DNA of 64,000 nucleotides from the human T2T-CHM13v2.0 reference genome, Homo sapiens. Every line of letters starts with the position of its first letter. The first letter of the stretch is position 1. The notes under the pieces were generated by a model, which saw only the letters and a program-made list of their open reading frames with translations, was not told the origin of the DNA and did no database searches. The DNA lies in the NCBI RefSeq assembly GCF_009914755.1, contig NC_060927.1; one strand, 5' to 3'. Position numbers and translations under genes: made by a program. Below, in pieces: positions 25,714 to 50,519 of this stretch.

Positions 25714-25915
25714 CAGCATCCACTCTTTTAGCTTCCCTGGGTCACACTGCAAGAAGAAAAACGGTCTTGGGCAACAGATGAAATAAACTAACACTGTGAT
25801 AGCTGATAAACTTAAAAAAAATTGCAAAACACTTTCATAATGTTTTAAGGAAGTTTACAAATTTGTGTTGGGCCACATTCAAAGCTGTCTTGGGCCACAG
25901 ATTGGACAATGCTCG
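25714..25915. mobile_element. MER30 (hAT-Charlie) DNA transposon
   Basis: gcttccctgggtcacac...gtttacaaatttgtgttgggccacattcaaagc matches the recalled MER30 consensus. Confidence 0.7.
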
Positions 25916-26692
25916 TTTTTCTTTTCCCATTTTGACCTCTAAAACATTTCTTGAGGTATAAAAATTGTTAAATCTTTTACCTAAAGATAATGTTCCTTTT
26001 GAAGTGATTGTTTTAGACTTAAATAAGTTGGATGGTTTTTAATCTGGTTAGAATGTAGGAGGACCTGAGATAGAAGGATCTTTACTTTTTGTATAAATAT
26101 TTCTTCTGATCAAAACAGTGAGTTGTAAACTATGAGCTTTGTGATCTTTTCTGGTAAAAACAAGGGAAGAAAGTAACATTGTGAGGTATATCGTCATTGT
26201 AGGATTCTGTCAAACAGTTTTTCTTAATTATGTCTTGTAGTTATTTCATGTAATGAAATGTTTTGTTGTTTGCCTGTTGCATTTCAGAAGAATTTGAGTA
26301 GAATATATTTTTTTCCTTTTTTAAAAGAGTATCCTAAACTCATCAATTAAAGTGGCAGCAAACTTTTATGCTACTGTTTTCATTTTTTACTTTTTCCTTA
26401 AGATTCAAAGACTCGTTCTGGACACAGTATATTTTTGTTATTGAAACATCATAGGCTGTGATAGAGCTGTAGTAGCAGAAACCTAGAAGACAGAGGTTCT
26501 CCTAGAGAGAGACATGATTCAATAGGGAAAGTCTCTTGCTCTCACACATCTTTCTATATTCTCCTTGTTCTTGGTCCAAAGACAATATTCCAAATGTTGT
26601 ATTCCAAAGCCAAATGTAAAACAATATTCATCTGTTTTAAATTAATAACTCTTTCAGCCTCTAAAAGAGACTTAGAATTTTGAAAAACAATA

Positions 26693-26985
26693 TTTTTGAG
26701 ACAGGGTCTCACTCTGTTGCCCATGCTGGAGTGCAGTGGCATGATTTCAGCTCACTACAACCTCCACCTCCCGGGTTCAAGTGATTTGTGTCTCAGCCTC
26801 TCAAGTAGCTGGGATTACAGACATGCACCACCACAGCTGGCTAATTTTTTTTTTTTTTTTTTAGTAGAGATGAGATTTTGCCATGTTGGCCAGGGGCTGG
26901 CCTTGAACTCCTGGGCTCAAGTGATCTGCCCATGTCAGCCTCCCAACATGCTGGGATTATAGTCATGAGCTGCTGCATCCAGCTG
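26693..26985 (-). mobile_element. Alu (J/S) antisense, about 300 bp upstream of exon 8
   Basis: Reverse-complement Alu. Confidence 0.85.
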
Positions 26986-27289
26986 AATTTTGAAAGTCTT
27001 TTAATTGTTTTGGAGAAAGAATTTTCTGTTTTTCATTAGAAAATTCCCTTCCCTTACACTTAGATATCTTATTATATATCTCTGATCTAGTATATTTAAA
27101 ATATGATTCTGAGAATCAGAATATATCTACTTAATTCTTTGAATTCAAATTCGTTTGAAGTTATTGCTCCTCTTACAGATAAATGCCTCAGTGGATTAAA
27201 TCTGTATGTTACTTTGGCAAGATTTGCACATATTAAGTGATTAGAAAAAGAGAACTGAACTTTAGATGGCTTTTATGGCTGTTGTTTAG

Positions 27290-27421
27290 GAAACAGTACT
27301 GCTGGAGCACCCTTTCAGTGCTGTGAAACAAGAACTGCAGAGAAAATGGATTGAAGAGTTGAATAAGCAAATAGAAGATGACCGTCAAAGAAAAATAGAG
27401 GAAAAAATTATATATTCAAAG
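27290..27421 (+). CDS. CCDC66: CCDC66 coding exon (probably exon 8), 132 bp, ETVLLEHPFSAVKQELQRKWIEELNKQIEDDRQRKIEEKIIYSK
   Basis: gtttag|GAAACA acceptor and TCAAAG|gtaact donor; phase 0-0; coiled-coil peptide. Confidence 0.93.
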
Positions 27422-27810
27422 GTAACTTATGAGGTTTTGTGGCTATAAAAGAAAAAATAAAATCAAAGTCTTTAATCAATTAAAACTAGAAGTATTCTGA
27501 AACTCTTGACAAGACCAGAATATTCCATTTATTCCACATTTGCCCATGTGAACCTGTTTCATTGAATGCATTATGTGATGTTGCATAGCTTCTTACAACT
27601 TTTTAGAAATTTCCTAATTCTTTGAATTTCTCAAATTTTCAAAGCTAGTTATCTATATGTATAAGGACTCTAAACAGTACAGTCTTGTTAATTTTTATGA
27701 TGCTTATTCTGCTCTAAGGTGACTTTTAGAAATCATCTTTGGTTGTCATTTAGAATTATATATGAGAATAATTGGAAAAATTCTTAGCAATTCTTATTTG
27801 TCATCATTAG

Positions 27811-28061
27811 GGTGAGGAACATGACAGATGGGCAATGCACTTTGATTCATTAAAGAGTTATCCTGGTTCTCAATCTCAGCTGTTCTCTCGGTCAACACAC
27901 AAACAACCTGAGTACTTCTGTGTCTCTCCTGACACTCAGGAGCTGGCTGATGTCAGCAGTGTTTGTACACCTACAACCGGAAGCCAGGTTGAACCTTCAG
28001 AGGAGGAGCATATAGCAAAACCTATTAAGGATGTGGTTATGGCAAACAGTAAGAAAACAAA
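27811..28061 (+). CDS. CCDC66: CCDC66 coding exon (probably exon 9), 251 bp, GEEHDRWAMHFDSLKSYPG...ANSKKT
   Basis: cattag|GGTGAG acceptor and ACAAA|gtaagt donor; ORF 27835..28065. Confidence 0.93.
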
Positions 28062-28263
28062 GTAAGTTCATGCTTATGTATTTATTGACTTTTCAGAAAG
28101 TCTGTGTGCTTTAGTAAGACTGTTGTTATGTCTAATTGGTTTCAGGTTTGGTATTTGTCTTTGAAATAGAAATAATTAGTAGATTTATCCCAAACAAAAA
28201 TGATTTAGCTTGTTGAATCTACCTTTTTGAGGTTTTGAATAGCTAATGTATGTATCTTGCCAG

Positions 28264-28348
28264 CTTTCTCCGTTCTATGACTGCTCTCTTGGACCCAGCT
28301 CAGATTGAGGAACGAGACAGACGACGACAAAAACAATTAGAGCATCAG
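28264..28348 (+). CDS. CCDC66: CCDC66 coding exon (probably exon 10), 85 bp, NFLRSMTALLDPAQIEERDRRRQKQLEHQ
   Basis: ttgccag|CTTT acceptor and CATCAG|gtattg donor (ends phase 0). Confidence 0.93.
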
Positions 28349-28724
28349 GTATTGCATTGTTAAACATTGTTCTTTACCTTAATAAGTAACAGTCATGGTG
28401 AACATATACCTAAGTAAATGGAAATTTAAATTCTGATGTAAACTTTACAGCATAGGTCCTGTCCAGTTGTGTCACGAATCCAATCCCTACCACAACTGGC
28501 ATTGTAATATTAGAATTAGCTTATCAAATGCTACAGCCACCTGCCTTCCAGTACAGAAGGTCTTTAATATATTAAGTTGTATATGTGAATTTGTGTTGTC
28601 TTAGGTTAGTACTGGTTTTTTTTTTTTTCATCAATTTATTTCTCCTGAGTTCTGTTTAAGATGAGAATTCATTCTTTGAATAGGGATTGAACTAGAATTA
28701 TGACTAAGAAATCTAATGCATAAT

Positions 28725-29019
<295 letters not shown>

Positions 29020-29429
29020 CTAATGCATAATATAAGAAAGGAGGCTAAAATTAAAATTAAAACTTCCTGTCCTGATTTTAGCCTAATGCTAAAGGGACTT
29101 TAATATCTGCATAATTCTTCAAATCCTTTGATATATGAATTTGGCATCATTAATGTTATGCTTAGTCAGTGAGCAGACATTTGCAGAGCATCTGCTACTT
29201 AACAGGCACTATGCTAAGCACTGAGATTATTTCTTCAGTTTTTTTTAATACCATTTCCTCCAGTAGCCCTCCTAGGGTTGAAGAAAAGGCATGTAGAACT
29301 TGACAGTACAAATGGGAGATGGGAGAAATGCATTGGAAATTTGACATTTCCACTTCACTTATATAAATAATACTTTCAGTATGCTGATAAAAACTTATTT
29401 CTACAGTCACCAAACTAATGCTTCATGGA

Positions 29430-41066
<11,637 letters not shown>

Positions 41067-44000
41067 ATCTTCTAGAATTTTTATAGTTTCAGGTCTTAGG
41101 TTTAAGCCCTGAATCCATCTTGAGTTGATTTTTGTATAAGGTGAGAGATGAGGATCCAGTTTCATTCTCCTATATGTGGCTAGCCAATTATTCCAACACC
41201 ATTTGTTGAAAAGGGTGTCCTTTCCCCACTTCATGTTTTTGTTTGCTTTGTCGAAGATCAGTTGGCTGTAAGTATTTGGGTTTATTTCTGGGTTCTCTGT
41301 TCTGTTCCATTGGTCTATGTGCCTATTTTTATATGAGTACCATGCTGTTTTGGTGACTGCGGCCTTATAGTATAGTTTGAAATCAGGTAATATGATGCCT
41401 CCAGATTTGTTCTTTTTGCTTAGTCTTGCTGTGGCTATGTGGGCTCTTTTTTGGTTCCATATGAAGTTTAGAATTGTTTTTTCTAACTCTGTGAAGAATG
41501 ATGGTGGTATTTTGATGGGGATTATGTTGAATTTGTAGATTGCTTTTGGCAGTATGGTCATTTTCACAATGTTGATTCTACCCATCCATGAGCATGGGAT
41601 GTGTTTCCATTTGTTTGTGTAATCTGTGATTTCTTTCAGCAGCGTTTTGTAGTTTTCCTTATAGAGGTCTTTCGACTCCTTTGTTAGGTATATTCCTAAG
41701 TATTTTATATATTTTTTTGCAGTTGTGAAAGGGCTTGAGTTCTTGATTTCTCTGCTTGGTCGCTGTTGGTATATAGAAGAGCTACTGATTTGTGTCCATT
41801 AATCTTGTATCTGGAAACTTTGCAGAATTATTTTATCAGTTCTAGGAGCTTTCTGGAGGAGTCTTACAGACTCCTAAGGTAAACAGTTATATTGTCAGCA
41901 AACAGGGACAGTTTGACTTCCTCTTTACTGATTTGGATGCCCTTTATTTATTTCTGTTGTCTGATTGTTCTGGCTGGGACTTCCAGTACTACGTTGAAGA
42001 GGAGTGATGAGAGTGGGCATCCTTGTCTTGTTCCTGTTCTCAGAGGGAATGCTTTCAACTTTTCCCCATTCAGTATTATGTTGGCTGTGGGTTTGTCATA
42101 GATTGCTTTTATTACATTAAGGTATGTCCCTTGTATGCTGATTTTGCTGAGGGTTTTGATCATAAAGGATGCTGGATTTTGTCTAATGCTTTTTCTGCAT
42201 CTATTGAGATGATCATGTGATTTTTGTTCTTAATTCTGTTTATGTGGTATATTACATTTATTGAGTATGTTAAACCATCCCTGCATCCCTGGTATGAAAC
42301 CCACTTGATCATGGTGGATTATCTTTTTGATATGTTGTTAGATTCAGTTAGCTAGTATTTTGTTAAGGATTTTAGCATCTATGTTCATCAAAGATATTGG
42401 TCTGTAGTTTTCTTTTTTGGGTGTGTCCTTTCCTGGTTTTGGTATTAGGGTGATGCTGGCTTCATACAATGAATTAGGGAGGGTTCCTTCTTTCTCCATC
42501 TTGTGGAATAGCGTCAAAAGAATTGGTACCAATTACCTGAATGTCTGGTAGAATGCTGCTGTTAATCCATCTGGTCCTGGACTTTTTTTGTTGGTAATTT
42601 TTAAATTACCATTTCAATCTCACTGCTTGCTATTGGTCTGTTCAGGGTATCTAATTCTGATTTAAGCTAGGAGGGTTGTATTTTTCCGGGTCTTTATCCA
42701 TTTCTTCTAGGTTTTCTAGTTTATGTGTGTAAAGGTGTTCATAGTAGCCTTGAATGATCTTTTGTATTTCAGTGGTGTCAGTTGTAATATCTCCTGTTTT
42801 GTTTCTTAGTGAGGTGTTTGGATTTTCTCTGTTCTTTTCTTGGTTAATCTTGCTAATCTATCCATTTTATTTATCTTTTCAAAGAACCAGCTTTTTGTTT
42901 CATTTGTCTTTTGTATTTCTTTGTTTGTTTCAATTTCATTTAGTTCTGCTCTGATGTTGGTTGTTTCCTTTCTTCTGCTAGGTTTGGTTTGTTCTTGTTT
43001 CTCCATTTCCTTGAGGTGTGACCTTAGATTGTCTGTCTGTGCTCTTTCAGACTTTTTTGATGTAGGCGTTTTAGGGCTATGAACTTTCCTCTTAGCACTG
43101 TCTTAACTGTATCCCAAAGGTTTTGATAGGTTGTGTCATTACTGTCGTTCAGTTTAAAGAATTTTTAAATTTTCATCTTGATTTCATTTTTGGCCCAGTG
43201 CTCATTCAGGAGCAATTTATTTAATTTCCATGTATTTGTGTGGTTTTGAAGGTTCCTTTTGGAGTTGATTTCCACTTTTATTCCACTGTGGTCTGAGAGA
43301 GTGCTTGATATAATTTCAGTTTTCTTAAATTTATTGAGGCTTGTTTTATGGCCTGTCATATAGTCTATTTTGGAGAAAGTTCCACGTGCTTTTGAATAGA
43401 ATGTGTATTCTGTGGTTGTTAGACTAAATGTTCTGTATATATCTGTTAGGTCCATTTGTTCCAGGGTATAGTTTAAATCCATTGTTTCTTTGTTGACTTT
43501 CTGTCTTGATGACCTGTCTAGTCAGTGGAGTATTGAAGTCCTCCACTATTATGGTGTTGCTATCTCATTTCTTAGGTCTATTAGTAATTACAAGTTTGGG
43601 AGCTACAGTGTTAGGTGCATATATGTTTAGGATTGTGATGTTCTCCTGTTGGACCAGGCCTTTTACTATTATGTAATGTCCCTCTTTGTCTCTTTTAACC
43701 ACTGTTGCTTTAAAGTTTGTTTTGTCTGATATAAGAATAGCTATCCTGTTTGCTTTTGGTGTGCATTTGCATGAAATGTGTTTTTCCGCTCACATAAACT
43801 TAAAGTTTAGGTGAGTCTCCTAAGAGGGCAGATGGTTGGTAAGTTCTTATCCATTCTGCAGTTCTGTATCTTTTAAGTGGAGCCTTTAGGCCATTTACAT
43901 TCAATGTTAATATTGAAATGTGAGGTACTGTTGCATTCATCATGCTGTTTGTTGCTTGCGTACTTTGGATTTGTTTTTTGTTTTTGTTTTTTAACTTGTA

Positions 44001-46436
44001 TTTTTGTTTTATAGGTCCTCCTGTGTGATTTATGTTTTAAAGAGATTCTGTTTTGATGTGTTTCCAGGATTTGTTTCAAGATTTAGAGCTCCTTTTAGCA
44101 GTTCTTTTAGTGGTGGCTTGGTAATGGCGAATTCTCTCAGCATTTGTCTGAAAATGACTATATGATGCTTAGTTTTGCCAAATACAAAATTTGGCTGATA
44201 ATTTTTTTGTTTGAGGAGGCTGAAGATAGGGCCCCAATCTCTTCTAGCTTGTAGGGTTTCTGCTGAGAAATCTGCTGTTAATCTGATAGGTTTTCCTTTA
44301 TAGGTTACCTGGTGCTTCTGTCTCACAGCTCTTAAGATTCTTTCCTTCGTCTTCACTTTGGATAACCTGATGACACTGTGCCTAGGCAGAGATCTTTTTG
44401 TGTTGAATTTCCCAGGTGTTCTTTGTGCTTCTTGTGTATGCATGTCTAGGTCTTTAGCAAGGCCAGGGAAGTTTTCCTCAATTATTCCCCTAAATATGTT
44501 TTGCAAGCTTTTAGAATTGTCTTCTCCCTCAGGAACACCAATTATTCTTAGGTTTGGTCATCCGAGCTCTGAATTTCTTTCTTCTACTTGTTCAATTCTA
44601 TTGCTGAGACTTTCCAGAGCATTTCATATTTCTAAAAGTGTGTCCACTTTCTTTGAGCTCTGAATTTCTTTCTTCTCCTTGTTCAATTCTGTTGCTGAGA
44701 CTTACCAGAGCATTTCACATTTCTAAAAGTGTGTCCAAAGTTTCCTGAATTTTTGGTTTTTTCTTTAAGCTATCTATTTCACTGAATATTTCTCCCTTTA
44801 CTTCTTGTATCATTTTTCTGATTTCCTTGCATTGGGCTTCGCCTTTCTCTGGTCCCTCTCTGATTAGCATAATAACTAACCTCCTGAATTCTTTTTCAGG
44901 TAAATCAGGGATTTCTTTTTGGTTTAGATCCATTGCTGGTGAAGTAGTGTGATTTTTGGGGGGGTGTTGACGAGCCTTGTTTTGTTATATTACCACAGTT
45001 GGTTTTCTGGTTCCTTCTTATTTGGGTAGGCTCTGTCAGAGGGATTGTCTAGGGCTGAAGAGTGTTGTTCAGATTTTTTTGTCCCACAGGGTGTTCCCTA
45101 TGTATTACGCTTCCCCCTTTTCCTGTGGATGTTGCTTCCTGTGAACCTAACTGCAGTGATTATTGTCTGTCTTCTGGGTCCAGCCACCCAGTGAGTCTAC
45201 TTGGCTCCGGGCTGGTGCTGGGAGTTGTCTGCACAGAGTGCTTATGTGAACTGTCTGTGGCTCTCTCAGCCGTGGATACCAGTGCCTGTTCTGGTGGAGG
45301 TGGTGGAGGATGCAGTGGACTCCGTGGGACTCCTTAGCTTTGATGGTTTAATGCTCTATTTTTGTGCTGGTTGGCCTCCTGCCAGGAGGTGGTGCTTTCC
45401 AGAAAGCATCAGCTGTAGTAGTGTGTGGAGAGGGACCAGCCATGGTGAGGGCCCTAGAACTCTCAAGATTATATGTCTTTTGTCTTCCGATACCAGGGTG
45501 GATAGAGAAGGACCACCAGGTGGGGGCGGGGCTAGGTGTGTCTGAGGTCAGGCTCTCCTTGGGTGGGTCTTGCTGTGGCTGCTGTGGGGGACGGGGATGA
45601 GATTCCCAGGTCACTGGAGTAGTGTACCTAGGAGGATTATGGCTGCCTGTGCTGAGTCATGCAGGTTGTCAGGGAAGTGGGGGAAAGCCAGCAGTCACAG
45701 GCCTCACCCAACTCCCCCACAAACCAAAGGGCCAGTCTCACTGTGTCCCCCCACCCCCTCAAACGCCTGCAACATCCCCCGAGTCTGTTTCCAGGTATAG
45801 GGCCCAGCTATGAAAGAAGACCTCCCCAGCTGCGAAAGAAAACGGCTTTAGTTCTTCCCCCACCTGTGGAGTCTGCAAGCCCAATTCATGCCCACCCCCC
45901 ACCCCCCACGCCCAGTTCTGGCAAGGAAGCTTCTCGTCCTGTTCAAGTTGTTACAAAGTTCATCTAGAGAAGTAATTCTCCCTGTGGAGTTTTAACCCCT
46001 GCTCCTCTGGCCACCCTCCTGATGGATCCCTGTGGTGCCAGGCAGGGATGGGATCCTTGGGGATCCCACGAGCTCCCAGTGTCTTTCTGCTACTTCCTCT
46101 ACCCATGTATTTCACTGGGCTCGGCTCTCTAACTTGACTCAGCCCCAGGTAAAGTCGGGAGCTTCTCCCACAAAGACTTTCAGCTTCTCCAGTGGGGGTG
46201 TGTGTTCGGGAGAGGAGGGTCTCCCTTTCCCACTTCCACAGTTGGGTCACTCACAGTATTTGGGGTGTCTCCCAGCTCCTGCAGCAGCAGTCTGCTTTCT
46301 TCAGAGGGTCCTCTAAGGATTGCTGGTCTGTTCTTGCAGTTGATCTATAGCTAAAATTCACAATGCAAGCCTCCACATGCTGCTGTGTCTGGAGCTGCAA
46401 TCTAGTCCTGCCTCCCATCTGCCATGGTCCTCAACT
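41067..46436 (-). mobile_element. L1PB-like element (5'UTR, ORF1, most of ORF2), 3' end missing
   Basis: 5' start CATGGCAGATGGGAGGCAGGACTAGATTGCAGCTCC; ORF1 relics at 44030-44933; ORF2 relics at 41067-43900. Confidence 0.8.
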
Positions 46437-47870
46437 CCTATTTCCTTGCTTTTTTACATATTCTGCACCTTGATATCTGCATATCTGGTATAACGATCAC
46501 TTCTTCCGATTTTTTGAATTTGCTTTCATATCTATGATGGTGGTTGGGTAGGCACTTTGGCTTTGATTCTGGGTATGTGCAGTAGTGTAATCTCTATAGA
46601 CTTTTTTTTGGCCGAAAACAGTATCTGTGGTATCTGTAATTTCCTTGGTGGCTTAGGGTGCAGTTGTTCGTGGAGGCTGTGGTAAAGTTTTGTTGTGAAC
46701 GGGGACACCAAATGGACCAGTCGTTAGGTTGCAGGATGCTAGCAGTAGGCTGAGCATGCCTGTCCTTGGGCCCCAGGGCTGTATACACTGGCATCAGTGG
46801 TAGCAGGTCAAGCCAGGCCAATTATTGGGCTTCTAGATGGCTTGCTCAGGTGCTGAGAATGGTGACAGTGGGTTGGGTGGGTGAGTAGGTTTTCAAGCCA
46901 CTGGGCAGCAAACATGGGCAATGGCAGTAGTAGTAGTGGGACAACCCTCTGGGATCCAAGCAGCCAGTGGTGGTGTTGGCGGTGGCTATAATGGGCTGCG
47001 TGGGCCAGTCCCCAGACTTGCAGGTGGCATATGAGGGTGGGTGCCAGCTGTGATGGTAATGGCAGGTTGATTGGGCCCATACTCTAGGAGGAGTGCTCAG
47101 GTGCCAATGGTGGTGTCCTGGGCAGGGCAGTCCCCAGGTCCCTGGACCAATGTGCTTGGTTACTGGTGGAGATGCAGCAAGGCTGGGCAGACCTGCCCCC
47201 GGGTTCCCAAGGTGTTGTGTGCAGTGCTGGCTGTTGTAGGCAGGGGTGGGATGATTTCCCAGGCCACCAGCAGAATGCTTAGGTTGGGGCAGTAGCAGCT
47301 GCATTGTAGCTCTGCTACTAGGGAGGGTGGGTTTGCTTTCAGTGGGTTGCTCTTGCAGATGGTGAATGTCAGTGGGGCTCTAGGGATGTGGAGATGCAGG
47401 GGCTGTTGGGCCCCAGAGCAAGATGCAGGACCACTAGGGACTGGGCTCTCAAAATAGTGCCATGCTACAGTTCCTTAGGTCTTGGGTGTTTGTGGAGCCT
47501 AGTGTGAGCTCCCTCTTGAGCAGTGCTTTCATGTGGTCTCCAGGTAACGCCCTGTTAGTCTTGAGACCCACAAGAGTCAAGGGGCTGTTTGATGGTTAGG
47601 ATTGTAGGAGTCCTTGATGGGCATGTGGATTGCTGGGGATTGCTCACTTTCCTTTTCCTCCAATTAGGCAGCCTCTGTAGACTCCTAGCTAATCCTGTCA
47701 AGACAGGCTGCTTTGCTTTCTTCCTTGCTTTTGATGCTTCCTGTCATGTTGAATTCCACTGTTCTCTGTTAGATCTACGTGAAGTATGATTGTCTACTCA
47801 TTATTTTGGTTCCCCTCTGTGGAAGAGGTGAGCACTGAATGTATCTAGTCAGCCATCTTGAATTCCCTCC
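46437..47870 (-). mobile_element. 5' portion of the L1MA-like element
   Basis: Ends in the minus-strand L1M 5' motif GGAGGGAATTCAAGATGGCTGACTAGA at 47870. Confidence 0.65.
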
Positions 47871-47920
47871 TGCTTAGATTTTTATTTTTGACAATGATTT
47901 ACGTGATTGCTTATGACTAG

Positions 47921-48082
47921 AAAGCCATCACTGCCCAGGTAGAAGAGAAGCGCAGGAAGAAACAACTGGAGGAAGAGCAAAGAAAGAAGGAAGAACAAGA
48001 AGAGGAGCTTCGCTTAGCACAGGAACGTGAAGAGATGCAGAAACAGTATGAAGAAGACATACTTAAGCAAAAACAAAAGGAA
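47921..48082 (+). CDS. CCDC66: CCDC66 coding exon (probably exon 11), 162 bp, KAITAQVEEKRRKKQLEEEQRKK...KQKQKE
   Basis: gactag|AAAGCC acceptor and AAGGAA|gtaggt donor; phase 0-0; E/K/Q-rich coiled coil. Confidence 0.92.
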
Positions 48083-48109
48083 GTAGGTACTTACATTCTA
48101 ATTGTAACT

Positions 48110-48385
48110 TTGGTTTTTGTTTGTGTTTTTGAGACAGGGTCTCACTCTTTTGCCCAGGTTGGAGTGCAGTGGTGCAATCATAGCTCACTGCAGTCTTGAC
48201 CTCTGGGCACAAGTTGTCCTTCCACCTTGGTCTCCTCGGTAGCAGGGACTACAGGCACGTACCAACACATCTGGCTAATTTTTTTGTTGGTCTGTGGAGA
48301 CAGGGTCTCACTATGTTCAAGCGATCCTCCCACCTCAGCCTCCTAAAGTGTTGGTATTACAGGTGTGAGCTACCATGCTTGGCCT
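48110..48385 (-). mobile_element. AluJ-like (another partial antisense Alu lies at about 49675-49870)
   Basis: Alu motifs. Confidence 0.75.
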
Positions 48386-49459
48386 CCTAATTGTAACATT
48401 TTAGAATAAAAATGGATATGTTTTTAAAGGAAAAATAACCAGAAGTTGAACATTTCTATTATTTTGAATTGTGAAGCTATGTATGGAAATGTCAGACCTT
48501 CACATAAAGTTAGCAAAGAGAGAAGCTTGAGAAAGTTTTATTATTTCACATGATATAGTTCTCAAATGTTATATTGGTTTGGCTTTTTCTGTTGAAGAGG
48601 TCAAGATGAATTATTACAGCACAAAGCAAATTACCTATGTGCTTCATTTTTATCTACTCCTAGTTTCTTTGCTTCATTTCTAAGCAATAATTATTATATC
48701 AATAATTATTCTAGGTATGTTAAGAGAAATGATTGGCCTATCATTATCCACTTAGGAACATACATTTGCAGAATAATTGGCTGGGATTGATGATACAATT
48801 TGTGACTGTTAGAGATCTCTGTGTTAAATGGCCTTTTTAAAAAGTAGATACCTAGTTGGCTAGGAGAACCCTAAGTGGTGCAGACAAGATAGGTATGTAT
48901 GGTGGTGGTACCATATTTGAGCTAACCTAACAAAAATACTCACTTGCTAAAGTTTTAAAGTGTAGAGCACTTTAAACATTTTCTTGCCTTTTGCTGCAGT
49001 TTTCCCACTTGGCAACCTTCACTCCAAAATTGGCTGGTAAAGGGACACATGGTCTGGGTTCCAGTTTCATTGAGTTGATAGGCTGAGCCAGTTACCCCTA
49101 GGTAACATGAGGAAATCAGTAAAGTATCATTTGAACCGCAAGAAATGGTCATAAATCTTGTGTTTACCTTTTAAAATCTATTTTTAAATGTAATAAAAGT
49201 TTTTAAAACTTTGAAAACTTTTAGTATAAATTTGAAATGGGTAAAAAGAGTTATATTTGTGATTGAATACAGCTGTAGAAAAAGATGTTAAAATGTAAGC
49301 TCCAAAAGGGCAGGAACTTTGCCTTGTTGACTGTTGTACCCTTAGTGTCTAAACAAGTGCCTGATACATAGGAGAAGCTTAGAAAATGTTTACTGAGAGG
49401 AAATAGTCAAGTCTTTGTATGTTTAATAGATGAATTTAGTAACACATCAATATTGACAG

Positions 49460-49604
49460 GAAATCATGACTCTCAAGACAAATGAGCTATTCCAGACAAT
49501 GCAGCGAGCACAGGAACTGGCACAGAGACTAAAACAAGAACAAAGAATCCGAGAATTGGCGCAAAAGGGACATGACACTTCTAGACTGATTAAAAATCTT
49601 GGTG
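49460..49604 (+). CDS. CCDC66: CCDC66 coding exon (probably exon 12), 145 bp, EIMTLKTNELFQTMQRAQELAQRLKQEQRIRELAQKGHDTSRLIKNLG
   Basis: tgacag|GAAATC acceptor and GGTG|gtaagg donor; ORF 49466..49660. Confidence 0.93.
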
Positions 49605-50253
49605 GTAAGGGCCTAACCAGAACTTTATTTATAATATTTTTAGAAGATGATTTTAAATAATTCCTTTTTATCTTTGTTTGGAGACAAGGACTCATTCTGT
49701 TGCACAGGCTAGAGTGCAGTGGTGCCATCACAGCTCACTGCAACCTCATATTTTTTGTAGACATGGAATCTCGCTTTGTTGCCCAGGCTGGTCTTGCTGC
49801 CTTCAGATGACTCTCCCACCTTGGCCTCCCAAAGTGTTGGGATTACAGGTGTGAGTCACTGCACCCAGCCTAAATGATTGCCTATTTTTAATACCTTTAA
49901 TATACCTACTATTCTTGTAGGAATATCAGACTTTAAACTAGTATAATTTTATAAATAGGAATGCTTAATTTATGTGGAAAATTGCAATAAAAGCAGAACT
50001 AAAGGTTAAAATGTGTTAATGTTAAAATAATAGGTAAAATGTGTACTTTTTGTGTCTATTTTTACCGAGAACAATTATTAAATGATCTCCCTAAATTCAG
50101 TAACTGATAGGAATGTGGGTACTTTTTGTAAGAAAATTTTTATTGCAGTGTTCATTCTGATTAAGTGAAAATTATTGTATTTAGTTGCTGCTATACATAA
50201 TTTTTATTAATATTCCTTAAGTGTTGTTTTATCAGGTGATTTCTCTTTGCCAG

Positions 50254-50388
50254 TTGATACAATACAAATGGAATATAATGCATCTAACATTTCAAATTCA
50301 AGACATGATTCTGATGAAATCAGTGGTAAAATGAATACATATATGAATTCTACGACTTCTTCTAAGAAGGATACTGGTGTGCAAACAG
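50254..50388 (+). CDS. CCDC66: CCDC66 coding exon (probably exon 13), 135 bp, VDTIQMEYNASNISNSRHDSDE...KKDTGVQT
   Basis: ttgccag|TTGAT acceptor and ACAG|gtattt donor; phase 1-1. Confidence 0.9.
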
Positions 50389-50519
50389 GTATTTGTGTGG
50401 AAATTGTGGTTTGGTTTAAAATTTACTTAAAGTCATAATTAAAGCAGTTAGAATTAAGTTCAATTTAAAAGTTCAAAAATTAACGAAACTTGAGGTTTTC
50501 AGTAAGAGTTACAAAATAA

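Noticed and set aside
45062-47304. Cluster of 70-150 aa ORFs on both strands
   Set aside because: They lie in GC-richer L1PB and L1M 5' regions and have no splice or homology support
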